From Paragordius varius (taxonomy: Eukaryota; Animalia; Nematomorpha), in contig OZ176051.1 of NCBI GenBank assembly GCA_964247055.1, forward strand, positions 7,316,001-7,380,000: a stretch of DNA of 64,000 bases, given 5' to 3'. Every line of letters begins with the position of its first letter. Positions within the stretch are counted from its first letter, which is position 1. Shown here one piece after another: positions 51,810 through 64,000 of this stretch. Both the position numbers and the translations under genes were made by a program. A model generated the notes under the pieces. The model did not search any database, was not told the origin of the DNA, and was given only the letters and a program-made list of their open reading frames with translations.

Positions 51810-54800
51810 CTCATGAAATTTTATTAAACCCGATTTTGGACGCAGTGTTAATTTAACACTTAGATCAAATTGGGATAGTTATTTAAGTTGATTTATAAAA
51901 AAACTACTGAAAGAAACGGTTTCAATTTAAATTTATGCTTCTATCATAATAATTATAAATCCAAAATATCTAAATAAAATTTTGTTTTGAGAAAAAAAGT
52001 TTCATATCAAACTAGTTGGACCCCATTTTTATTTTACATTTTTGCAAAATATTGAGTTTATTTGATTCTAACGTTAAAATAAAAACTTATTTTTATTAAA
52101 ATTACATCAAATATTGATAGTGTATTGTTTTTATATTAATGCACACTTGTCATGTTAACTAAATTTTTGAAATTTATCCATAAAATAATAAAATTAAGTT
52201 TTTTTTTATATTTTGGTGCCTCAGTGTTATACTAACGCAAATTTTGCAATGGTTTCAGTATGTTGTATATTTTTTTTTATATAAAATTTTAAACAGGATG
52301 GGGTCCTAGACCCCAATTTGAATCAGAGGACTGAAATGATTGTGTTGTATCCAAGTGTTAATTTTATGTTTTTCTTATTTAACCATTGATACTTTTGTCA
52401 ATTGTTATTTACAGTTTTTCAGTTTTAATGAGTTAATTCATGTGCATAGTATGTCCAATAATTTAATTTTTGTCTGATTTTACATATATTTTCAAAAAGC
52501 GAGCCTCTGTAAAAAATGTTAATTGGGATGTCTAGACTCTAGAATATATTTTTTTCGTGTCAAATGGTATAATATATAACAATCATTATTAAGTGTGATA
52601 AGTTTCTCTTGAAAATATCATGTTTTAAATAGGGTATACAACTTTAACCAAAAAGTTACTCATAAGACCAAAATTAAAGTGTAGGCTATACCAAAGCAAT
52701 AAAATTACTTTAGAAATTTTGTTCCAGATTCTGTTTCCAATATGAAATTGTAAATGGACGTATGTACTAGGTGACAAGTGTCGCTTTTATGGATATAAAG
52801 AGCTAATATTTATTAACACTAATACTTTTATTGAATAGCATTGTGTGATCAGTCTTATTATCTAAGAGAAATATTTTATATAATTATACTTGATTTACAA
52901 TCTTCAATTACTAAATTAAATTTTGGTCCAGTCGCATTAAATACTGTGGGAAAAGCATAGGGATTAGTTATCGCAATATACAGTAATGATAAGTTTCTGA
53001 ACAAAGAGGATTTTCGCAGAATAATGTAATCTTCGTAAAAATCATAAATGGTTAAAAGACCGTGGTGTTTTTGGTATAAACGTGTCTAAAAATATAAAAA
53101 AATAGAACTGATTAAATTATCAGGTATTTTATGTTAAATTTATATTTGGTGTTTTTATTTATTCATAATTTTTTAAAGAATTATTTTCTTTGTTTGTTAT
53201 CAAGGGTGTAATATTGTTAAACATGCAACGGCCTAGTCAATATGGATACCGCCGACATTATGGCGGATTTTTTTATTTTTTAATATTCCACTAAAAATAT
53301 TAAAAACCACTCATTTCCATAAATTTGTCAATCTGGAAATTGTCAAAATCAGTCGTATATTGGTAATTTGGGTAAAAAGGATGATAAACTGTGGCGTATT
53401 AAACTCGTTATACAAAAACAAAAATAAGAATTTAAAAAAGCACCATTTAGGCAGTCAATAAAGGTTTCTGAACTTTAGCTGAATCGTTAAAAATGATGTA
53501 TACATTTATATTGATATAGAAAAATAATATAAAATGTTTGGATGTTTTGACCGATCAAAAATTTTGACTACCTTTACAATATTTAAACAAAATCAAAAAT
53601 TAGCAAAGATTAAATATTATGGATAATTAAAAATTGATTTAAAAATTATTACCATTTTGTTATATTTACAACTAGCGTAAATTTCGTGCTGCAGCGCAGC
53701 CCGAGGATGTCTTTTGGACTTCTGGGGGGGCTTTTTGAAAAAAGGGATAATAAAATGATCCACGTATGTGGATTATTTCGAAACAATATTTAATAGCTTT
53801 GATCCCATAGGATTTTCAAAACGGTGCATTCATATGGATATATTGTTTATTGGTGTAAAGGCCCCAAGTTGACGGCTAATTACCTTTTTATGAGTAATAT
53901 TTAAAGCCTTTATTGAACTCGTATGGCTTCTTAATTTTAAAAGTTAGCTTCAAAGGGATGCCATTTTTGTATGGCGTCTCAGTCTTAATGGTAGACCCCT
54001 ACCGATAGACCTATATGGAAAAAGCGGTTTAAATTTTTTGCCTTTATAGGGAAAATATTTGGAATCATTCATGAGACCATCGTCTCATGGGTTATTCGAA
54101 AAAATTCCTCAACACTAAATAATCGTTATATGATGGCGTATTTCTAGGGCATAAAGGCCCCAAATTAAAGGCTAATAAAAAAGGCCTGACCTTAATTTTT
54201 ACCTAGTTACGGGTAATATTTTGAACTTTAAATGAGCTCATATGGCATAAATTTTAAATTAGTTCCAAAATAACGCAATTTCTATATAGTGGCACAGTTT
54301 TTGGCGGGTAGCTTCTTACCCAGAGGCAGGTAGAAAAAAGCGTCTGGCAAAATTTTTGTCTTTATATGGAGAATACCTGGAATTATAATGTCCATATGTT
54401 CCTATAACTTGGAAATATTGCTTCAAAACCAAAAAATTGTTATTTGGCAGCGATTTTTGAGGGCGTAAAATCTTTCTTAGCGACTCATTGAAATAACCCC
54501 CTATACTTAAATTTTTGTTTTTTAAGTGGTAATAAATATTTCAGGCCCTTATTGAACTCACATAGTCTCATAAGTTTTCTGAAATTTGGCTCCAAAGTCA
54601 TGCTGTACCGATATAGTCACGCATTTTTACGCGGTTACCCTACCTAGAGCCTATTTAACCGCTAATTTAAAACCGCCGTCTTGAATTTTTGCCTTTTTAC
54701 GGGTAATAATTCAGGGTCTTATAAAACTTATATGATCTCTGAAAATTAACTCCTAAACAACGCAATTTTGATATGGTGGCGCAGTTGTAGGCCGGTAGCC

Positions 54801-57800
54801 CCTACCCAGAGGCTGATACAAAAAAAGCGCTTGATTAAAATTTTGCCTTTTTATGGAGAATACCTGGAATCATGATTGATTCCATATACTCTCATTAGTT
54901 TTCGGAAAAACTGCCTCAAAATTAAAAAATTATTCTATGGTGGCGCATTTTTCACGGCGTAAAGGGCCTAATTAACGGCTAATTAAAAAATTCGCTCGAC
55001 TTAATTAACTTTTTACGGGTAATACTTTAAGCAGCTATTGAACTCATATGGCCTGATATTTCTGAAATTTAGCCCCAAAAGCACGCTATTTCGATATGAC
55101 GGGTCAGTTTTTCGCGGGTAGCTCCTTACCCGGCAGCTATCATCAAAACGCTTGACTAAAATTTTTGCCTTTTACCTGGATTCCTTATTAAATTTTTACA
55201 TACCTTGGGCGAAAAATAGATTCAAAAAATTATTTTTGTGGACTTAATTTTTTTGAAAAAAAATGGCATTTTACGGACCGGTTTTCCGGAAACAGATCAC
55301 AAAGCCAGCATTTCCATTTTTATAAATATATAGATTAAAAATGTACGTTAATAATGTATAATATACATTTTATAACATTTTTATTAATCTATTGTTATTC
55401 TGATTTTTTTGACAGTTTTAACAGAAATGTCTTTAATGTATAAGTTTTATCATTATTTTTTTGTTCCATAACTTTCGCTTTTTGTCCGATTTTGATTTTG
55501 TACTAATATTTGAATAAATGTTGTCAACAAATGATATTTTATTTATTCTGACTCATGTACAATTAATATTTCCGTTTATATTTAACACCCTCTAGAGATC
55601 CCAGACTATGTTAATATTTTTAAAATCCTTTTAAAGAAACGGTTCCAATTTAAATACATTTGTGCATCCATCCTAAGAAAAATTATATAAATTGGCCAAA
55701 ATATCGAATTAAAATTTAGTTTTAAAAAAAGATCCATATCAAACTACTTCAACGCCATTTTTCCTTTACATTTTTGCAAAATATGAAGCTAATTTAAATC
55801 ACAAACATGATATATCCAGAAAAAATGATTTATTTTGCATTTTTTATTTAACTAATGTACACATGTCATGTTAAATAAATATTACCTTGAAGTTCATCCA
55901 AAAAATAAGTGCAAGTTTTTTTAACTTTTTTTATATTTCGGTGCACCAATTTTATATAAGTACAAACTTTTGCATAGGGTCCCTCAAGGCCCCAATTTAA
56001 ATCGGAGTGCTGAAATGAATGTATTGAATCCAAGTGTTAAAAAAATATTTGTATTTACTTTATATGGCGTTCCTTTGATATGAATTGCACTTCCCAAACT
56101 AACGTATGATAGTAATTCGTTGGGAATTAATACAGTGCTATACATAAATCTAAAGGAATTGTTTCTGCACACGATAGTATCAATCCTTGGATCCATATCA
56201 ATATAAAACTAGATTAATATTTGAACAATTCTTACATATATGTAATAATTAAATCGAAAAGCTAAATTACACTTAGGCGTTAAAATAAGGGATTATGAGG
56301 TAAAAGAATGCAATATTATTAAACTATCATATTTTTATTATGTAATTGTGTAAAGATAACGAACTCAATATATGGGGTAATTTGCAACCCTGAAGCAATA
56401 ACAACACGATGAACTAAATAGAAAACAGCTATCAACTAGGTTTTTTAAGAGAGGCTTTATACTCTAAAGCCGAAATTAAATTTTTATTGATTTCAAAATA
56501 TATTTCGAAAAACTTTCGGAATTTGAACAAAACGGTAAAAGTTTTTTGTTTGTAAAAATATTTATAAAGCATATATAAAGCAATTTTAAAATATATGCTG
56601 CAACTACTTTGTATAAAAATTACCAAAATATGCTTTCTTTGAAACAATTAAATTAATATATAAATTGCCATAGACAGTCCATACAAAATTATAATTTGAT
56701 AAAATATTTTTTTTCTGCTAAAATGCATCAAGATTCTCATGAGGTTTTGAGCCTTACGCGTCATTTAAAAATAATAAAAATAACATTTTTGTGGTGGCTC
56801 CATATCGAAAAGTCTCCTCATATCATGCTAAAGATGTTTTTAAAGCTAAACACTTAAATTCCAAATTATCATCGCATATTTAAAAGCGATATAATAAATT
56901 TATTTTTGTTTTTATACATGGGCCAAAGTCTATGATTTGTGTTACCTTTAAAATGGGTTAGTTATGAATGTAAAATTCGAGATTTCGCCATAAAAAATTT
57001 TAATATATGCCAGACTATCATCTAAAAAATATTATTGAAAAATGCTTAGTTTGTTCAAAAAATTTAATTTTTAATAAAATTTCATTGATGCACACATGCC
57101 ATTTGGCAGCAAGATGAAAATGGTAAAAAACGGTTTATAGATTATAAAAACACATCATATAATTGAGGATGCTGAACATATTCCTATCACCTCAGAAATT
57201 TATAAATTCGCTTTTAGATTTGGATACTCGTAAAAAAATACAACTTGTAATAAACATAAATTTGAAAAATAAAAATTTTTTTAATCACAATGATTAGGGC
57301 ATCAATATATTTGACAATATCGAATTTTGGAAAGTGTTTTTATCCGTTTCCATCATGCCAAAAACAGCATGGAGAAGCTTCAACAAAAATTTATGAAAAT
57401 TAAATTTTTGAAAGTAGGCATTTTTTATATTTTTTTGATGCCATAATAAAAATCGTAAAATATTGGAAGTTTGTCTTTTTTTAAAAAAGTTTCAATCATT
57501 TTGACTAATTTAAATTAAATTTGTTTGAAATTATCAAATAGATTGCATTAACTAAAAGTGTGTTAAATCCGAATTTCACAGGACATTTTTGAAATTGAGG
57601 TTTTAAAATATATTGCTTTTTAAATATAGTATATCAGATATAATAAATTTTTGAATGAAGCATTTAGCTTTTGCCAATAAATATTATTTATCATAATGTG
57701 CGCAAATTTGGAGATAATTACCACCAAAGCGTTAATAACTTTTTTAATTACTACCAATCCCAAAACCCAGAGAAACCTGATAGATTTATAATGATTCTCA

Positions 57801-60530
57801 TAGGGGCAACGGGGGGGGGTTGCCAGCGGCGTACCGAAGGGGGGTGCATCATGCCCCGGGATTTTTCAGCAATTTACTTAATAATTCTTAGAATAATAAA
57901 ATTATATAAACGAGATCAAAAGCAAACATTAGGCAAAAAACAACTTCCAGGTAGGTATTCCCTTCAACATGTGCCAACTTTTTTTCGCTTAAAAAACGTT
58001 TTTCTTTATCACGCACATATTGTTAGTTCTTTTATTGCCTTTAATTAAATTAATTTATTTTCTTTCTCTGTTCAAAACCTTATCTCTTATTCTTATAATT
58101 TATAATTGCATTTTTATTTTAATTATATTTAATTTCAAAACCCAATTTTATTTATTTAAATCCCCAAGATTACTTATCTAACAAGGTAGGTTTTTATTAT
58201 TAATATAGCCTTGTATTTTTTATAATTACTTTCATTTTCAGATAATGCCTAAAATCATTGGTTACGCAAATAAGACACGAAAAATCCAGGAAGAGAATAA
58301 AACAAATAAAATGCGAATGAGTATGAAATCTTATTTAAAATATCTGACCATAACATTGAATAAAGTGTATGCGACACAAACATAACGGTACCCCTTAATA
58401 ATAATAAATTACACCTGAAACCCTAGTTATTGATCCAAAAAATAGAGATAAGAAAACCACAAATATGCCATTAGTAATGCCAAGCGCTATACATATATAG
58501 TTTAATGATGTCGTCTTTTACTAATAATAATGTTCCCGTAATATCTAATCAACTTCGCACAGAAATGATTATTCGCGGATCTCAAAGATTTTATATGCAA
58601 TTTCTTTAAAACAAATAATTGCCGTTCAATGCACCAATCTTGGTTTTTTCGACGTGTCGGTGAAAAAGAAGGATTTAAGTTGGAAGGATTTGGCTTTTAT
58701 ATTCACAAAAGAGCAGATGTGCGTATTGTTTTTTTGCCTACTTTTTGGTCTATCTAATTCTTACCATCATCTTTCATACTACGCATGGTTTTAATAAATG
58801 GAGGAAAAAAAATAAATTAATCCATCATGAAAATAGTCTCAATCATTGAAAAGCATTTACTACTTGGAAAGACGCAGAAAGAAGATTGATAAAATTGGCC
58901 TTCAAAAAAAGAAGGGGGGAGGGCGGCGCCATAAGAGTTTTATGCCCCGGCCGCAAATACTCGGTACGCCACTGGGGGGTGCGAAATTCGGAACGATTTA
59001 GAAATCATGTTTATAAACTAAATTTATTATAATTCAAAAATTGGTTTATTTAATATTAACTAATCCAAATCTGGATTCTATTAAATAATGTAATAAAAAT
59101 AAAATAGCGTTAGCAGATACAAGGATCTCATTTTTATATTTTTATGTAACAATATAATAATTTTTCAATTTTTATCTTAGTTTTTTTGGATGGGCGGTGA
59201 GCCAAGAATTATTTTTGAAATTTGTTGGGGCGTGAAATAAAGGGGCTACTGATTTATAACCATATTATCATTTTACCACATAGTCGCAATTTTTATTGGT
59301 TTATTTTAAACAACACAATATTCTTTATATCAAATCAATATTTTTAGGGGCCCTCTTAAAAACCAGAAATAGTTTTCAAATAGATAATCCTTAACAAACA
59401 GAGTAACAAAAAAGGGCGGCGGACTCGTTACACTACGTGTGTTTAGCATACAAGTTGATAATACCCGAAATTGATCACAATTTATCATCATTATCTTAAC
59501 CTAAAGCATCGAGTTTTATATGCTTTCGAGTCCTTCAAAAGTTTTTCCCTTTAAAAAAAGATAAAAAAATATTATGTTGTTTTAAACATTGATAAATATA
59601 TATTATATATAATAATTTAATTGGACAAAGAATACAGTTTAATTATTTTACCAAAAATAAATTTCTATCTTCAATATCAATGAATCTATTCAATGAAATT
59701 GTTATCGTTAGGATACCGTCAAATAATTTTTTGTATCAAGCGTTAAAGCAGTGGTTCCCAAAAGGGGGGCAACGTAAAATCTATGGGGGCGCGGAATCGA
59801 AGAAAAATCTTAAATTTATGTTAATGATATTGTTTAATATTAAGTTTAATTAGTTTAATAAAGTTAAAGTATTGGGAAGAATCATTTGTAAGATTGTTGA
59901 ATATATTATAAAAAAAATTTCTTTATTTTTGTTTATTTTGAAGAGGGAGGTAAACGAAAGAATATTTTTTCAATTTGGTGGGGCCTGATCAAACAAAGGT
60001 TAGGAACCTATGGTTTAGAGGACGATTATTATTTTGCGCACTAATTTGCAAAATTTTTGATACTTATTAACATGGGCTGATGATTACTGGCTGCACAAAC
60101 AGAAATCGTGATTAAAAAATTTGCCCACATTATTAAAATATTACGAAATCTATTTTTAAATTTACTACTCAATAAGGTATCTAATAAATATATTATTACA
60201 TCAGCACGAAAGAATCTTTTTATTCTTAACATGGTATCATAAACATCGTAGTTAACTTGATAGGTTTGAAAAGATTTTGATTCCAAATATAAATGCGCAA
60301 TTGATTGCTCAAATTCATATACAATCATCCCTTCTTTCAAAACAGATCCATCATCATTGGTTGTGCTAAAATTTAACATATATTAAGGTATATTATGCTT
60401 AATTTGTGGTGCCAGTAAATACGCTAATATATAAATTTATTGATGTCCCATTATATGTTTTATAAATTTCGTATAACCATACAATTATAACAGACTTTTT
60501 CATATAAAATAGACAAAATAATATATTCAT
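47400..60530 (-). CDS. Uncharacterised multi-exon protein, paralog A (probably secreted); 5' and 3' exons tentative
   Basis: Phase-compatible exons 60365-60200, 56208-56059, 53085-52890, 52861-52826, 52802-52709, 50696-50519, each aligning with an exon of the + strand gene at 61874-63956. Candidate exon 1 starts at ATG 60530 (MNILFCLFY...; donor unresolved). Candidate later exons 49152-49057 and 47615-47400 are weaker. Confidence 0.7.
48861..48976. mobile_element. Small palindromic MITE
   Basis: 32-bp inverted arms with 3 mismatches (TATAGTTGGGCAATTCGCAACACAGTCGTGTA), TA at both ends. Confidence 0.65.
50820..51775. repeat. Old inverted-repeat element (diverged ~130-bp arms)
   Basis: ATCAGGATT / AATCCTGAT and TTGCGCACATTTTTTTAAATAA / TTATTTAAAAAAATGTGCGCAA at the two ends. 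Confidence 0.45.
51857..52357 (+). mobile_element. TTAA-flanked MITE, copy 3 (more diverged)
   Basis: TTAA|CACTT...CCAAGTG|TTAA; shared internal blocks (AAAAACTACTGAAAGAAACGG). Confidence 0.75.
53672..55334 (-). mobile_element. Non-autonomous Helitron carrying an internal satellite array, in an intron of paralog A
   Basis: On the minus strand: A|TCTATATATTTATAAAAATGG at the 5' end; at the 3' end a GC hairpin (CGGGCTGCGCTGCAGCACG) shortly before CTAG|T. Inserted between A and T with no TSD. Confidence 0.8.
53830..55185. repeat. Diverged tandem repeat, ~155-bp monomers in two subtypes (~320-bp dimer)
   Basis: Recurring motifs TTTACGGGTAAT..TATTGAACTCATATGG, ATATGGTGGCGCA, AAAATTTTTGCCTTT, TATGGAGAATACCTGGAAT; about 9 monomers, by eye. 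Confidence 0.8.
55586..56036 (+). mobile_element. TTAA-flanked MITE, copy 4 (most diverged, left end deleted)
   Basis: Right end GCTGAAATGAATGTATTGAATCCAAGTG|TTAA; shared internal blocks. Confidence 0.7.
57824..58974 (+). mobile_element. Internally deleted hAT element with a TTF-type zinc-finger transposase remnant
   Basis: TIR CAGCGGCGTACCGA / TCGGTACGCCACTG; TSD GGGGTTGC/GGGGGTGC (7/8). Frameshifted peptides RSMHQSWF, IWLLYSQ..AYCFF, CLLF, HENSLNH..W (~58620-58880) match the N-terminal ZnF-TTF of ZMYM1-like hAT transposases. Confidence 0.75.
59749..60012. mobile_element. hAT (Charlie-like) MITE
   Basis: Ends CAGTGGTTCCCAA / TTAGGAACCTATG; GC-rich subterminals; TSD degraded. Confidence 0.55.
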
Positions 60531-61179
60531 TTAACTTAAATGATTAAAAAATATTTCTAGACTTGAATCACCAGTCAGAACCAGTCTTAAAAGATACACA
60601 AAAGAGATTACAAGTTGATTAAGAGTTAATAAAAAGCTGCGACTTTAAGACATTATAAATAAATAAGTTTTAGATAAATGTTCATCATTGTTATTCAAGG
60701 GTAATAATACTTAGTAGGGGTTAACACCGATCGGGAAGGAATATTTGAATAAGATTTCTGCCTCTAATGTTTAGAAAGTAATAAAACTTCGAAGTTTGAT
60801 GGAGCTCTAATACGAATATATAAACAACTAGATTTTCGTATCTTTTAACCATTGTTACTACGTTTCTTGAATTACCAATCATCTTATAAATATACATTAA
60901 TATGTGAAGTACAAATTTGTATTATATAATAGGATAAAGCGTAGATTTATACATATATATAGATAATTTTATATTATGCAATTTTACTGTATTATAACAA
61001 AATATTCACTAAGAACTACCATGCAGATGGCTTAATATTGTCGACGGGTCAAAGGGTTAGGTAATAAAATGTCTAGTGAAATCAAACAAGAGTAAAACAG
61101 ATTTCATAAATTTAGATGTGGAAAAATAATATATAGTGAAAAGCATGGACATCAAACGGACAAAGACAATGCATATATT

Positions 61180-61560
61180 TTACATGCGCAAAATAAAAAC
61201 TTGAGTTCTAATCAAAGATGTTATCGTTTTATGCGCTAATCAATTGATTGAAAAGTCAAGAAAATTTACGGTAATTTTTTCAGCGATTAATGATATGAAC
61301 GCACATGGTCGCTTTTTTGATTGGTGTAATGAGATTGCTTAATGTGCTGAAAGGAAAAATAGAATAATGATTTTGAAGAAGTCAACCGATAATAATGTTA
61401 AATAGATCTAAATGTTTGGACACCTGGGGGAGAGATCGGCTAAGAACGAGGTATTACATTTAAAGAGATTCGAATCTAAGGTTAAATAAACGATTCCATA
61501 TTTAGTAAGTATTGCGGGATAATTTACGGAAATAAACCCTGGAAAGAGTTGGTAATTATT
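61180..61560 (+). pseudogene. Possible highly degenerate non-LTR RT 3' fragment between the paralogs
   Basis: MFGHLGERSAKNEVL resembles the RTE C-terminal W-F-G-H motif; weak otherwise. Confidence 0.3.
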
Positions 61561-61873
61561 TTGATTACATTTTGATTAATTAATTTTACTTACTTTAGTG
61601 ATGTCCTATCACCTGTATAAGATATGTTGCATAAGAGTGAGTTTGATCCAGACGCAATGGTCTCAGGTATAAATAATAAAGCTAAAATACAAAGGTATCC
61701 TATCATATTTAACGATCGTAAAAATGTTTGGTTTCGTACAAAAAAAGTTTTATTCAATTAGAGGTTAATAAACTAAAAATACATTGTTTATCCTTACTTA
61801 ATATGGAGGATGAACCTCCAGCTAAGCACTAAAATAAAAGTTATATTATTTTTATAATTTTGAATAATAAAAA

Positions 61874-63956
61874 ATGGTTTTCGTATTATTATCAATATAT
61901 ATTGGAATATCATTAGTTACAGTGCAGCGATCTTACAAACACCTATGCAATATGACGGCACCAATCTTATATCTAAAATTAAACGCAAGGTGTAAATATT
62001 TATTTTTACTGATATATTATTTAATTAAAACAAATTACATTTTGAAGTCTTTTTTCAAGTTAACTTTCTCACAGTTTTTCTTTTAAAATTTACGGTCAAA
62101 AGAGGTAGAGAGCAATCGATATGCCCTAATCCTTTTAAATTAAAAATTCTCATTTTAAATTTAGGTACCAGAGTTGAATTAATTATATGTTATCATATAT
62201 GTAATATATATATTATATTTAGTACGCCGAGGTTAGCCCTTGCGTGGGACGAAACTATTGTACACCATTCCTTCAACCAATCTGTAATGTTGAACGTTTT
62301 TGGAGATTTAAGTTTTACTTACATTTATCATTTGCAACTAAGGGAATACACGAATTTCGCATGGCTCCAAAACTGTTTAAATGCTGATGTATTATTATTA
62401 GTTTTTTAGATATATCCATCATTTTTTTTCATTTCTTATACTGGATATAAAATATTTCTAGTTTTACATTGATGTTAACCCGGATGTAATTGATTTTGGA
62501 TTGAATAATTTACAAAGCAAAAACTATGGGATGACGCGTATGACACGAGCTAACATGACCTTTCTGAAGTTAAAAAAATCAATCATTAGACCCGAGAGGA
62601 TAATGAAAGTATTTGTCAATATTATGTTTAATTACAGTTAAAAGTTTCGTAAACGTGCGACTTTTTTGACTGCACTTAGAAAAATTTTAAGGAAGAAATA
62701 ATAAGTTAGACTTTATAGGGCAGGCATACTCGTTTCACCCCTTGTTTTCTTTACTTTAGCCCAGGGGTGTCCATGCGTTCCACTATTTTTCTGAATACTT
62801 TTGTTATCTTTATATATGCATTATAATATTTCTACTTAGTTACTTCACCGTGTTCGACATTTTACAGATTTGATTTGGGTTAGATTCTAACAACAGAACT
62901 AGTACCACTAAATTTAATGAAAATTTGGATGAATTTTAGACATCTTTACTTAAGCAATATTTTTTTGTATATATCCTTATGAATACATCCGCTAAATTTA
63001 CGATGCGATTCTAGCCTTTTGTGTTCATGGCTCCTTATGCCATGTATCGATTTAATATAACTAATTTTCTATTACTTATTATATTTAATTATATCGGCTA
63101 TCAAAAAATATTATGTTAATTTAGACAAGATTCTATCAATATCACAATGGGCCGTTGATCGTTTACGATATCTATGATGATTATGTTGTTACACGTGAAA
63201 AATTTAATCAAAATGGAAATTTTGCATTGGCATTTATTGGAATACCCGAAAATGTTTATCAGTTACATCGAATCACTGGAATTCCAAGTGTAAATGTTGT
63301 TGTACAAGATTGTGAAAGTATAGCAAAGTTTATAAAAATTTTAACTCAAATCATATTTTTATAAACCTAAGTAATGGTGACATCAATGCGATTTTTTCAT
63401 TAACATATCAACCCTGGCAGGCGAGTGTTAAACTTTTCATGGGTCTTCTTTCATTATAAGATCTTACCCTTTGAATGGGATAAACTGCATATATAATTTT
63501 AGCGAAAAGCTACATTTTTATTATTTTCTAATTACTTCCCAAAATATGAGGATTATCATCGTTTTATATATAATATACAGGAAAATATCCAACTAGTCTA
63601 TTCAACCGAAGTTTTATTGAGTTTATGTTTAGGATTCTTTTTCATCGGGCATACCCTATGTGAAAATATTATCCTCCCTGGACGTTATAATTTTATTCAA
63701 ACAGATTCTGTTGCCAGTGGAATATTTTTTATGTATCTTTTCTTCATTAATCACTTTTTATATTACAATATCTAGTGATGTTCCACTTGAGGTAATAAAT
63801 CGGAGTAATGGTAGATATATTAGCATAAAATATATTTCCATAAATAAATTTTTTGTTGATGGCGATAAACGAACCTTGGTAATGTTTAATACTACAGATT
63901 CTTTCCTACACCCTTTCATAACAGGGAATTTTGTTGCACATATGGATATTGATCAA
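61874..63956 (+). CDS. Uncharacterised multi-exon protein, paralog B (hydrophobic N-terminus); runs off the window end
   Basis: Exons 61874-61989, 62223-62388, 62462-62608, 63125-63317, 63581-63610, 63633-63732, 63776-63956; all GT-AG and phase-compatible. Exon peptides match paralog A (FYIDVNP/FYIDMDP; TRFYQYHNG/TRLYQKHHG; LFNR/LFNK; YNFI/YNFI; VPLEV/IPLKV). No family recognised. Confidence 0.75.
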
Positions 63957-64000
63957 GTAAATTATTGAATTTGGTTTTTAGGTTCCGATATTTTTTTGTT

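Noticed and set aside
60041-60199. Long 112-aa ORF or a 19-nt intron after RAD in paralog A
   Set aside because: Paralog B has an identical 166-nt exon ending at NAD|GT, placing the donor at 60199; the rest is intron read-through.

Overview
Very AT-rich, spliced eukaryotic (animal-like) DNA, not prokaryotic. Three conserved genes can be rebuilt exon by exon with consistent GT-AG phases: a receptor guanylate cyclase (NPR-A/B / Gyc76C type; +, 5306-19822, 14 exons, ~1400 aa), gamma-tubulin complex component 3 (-, 28957-19896, 20 exons, ~1049 aa) and LMBRD2 (+, 29078-45036, 15 exons, ~929 aa). The right third holds a divergently transcribed pair of paralogous genes for an unrecognised, probably secreted protein family. 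Introns and intergenic DNA are full of mobile elements: a full-length RTE retrotransposon with TSD, mariner relics, a foldback element with 21-bp arrays, a 6.6-kb palindromic Chapaev3-like element, a satellite-bearing Helitron, TTAA-flanked MITEs, and hAT MITEs. The most striking signal is a class of ultra-short GT-AG introns (22-31 nt), found in four host genes, the guanylate cyclase and a transposase gene, alongside kb-sized introns. All gene models were read by hand and lack transcript or database support. The organism is not identified; tiny introns plus extreme AT content suggest a derived, possibly parasitic invertebrate (inference).
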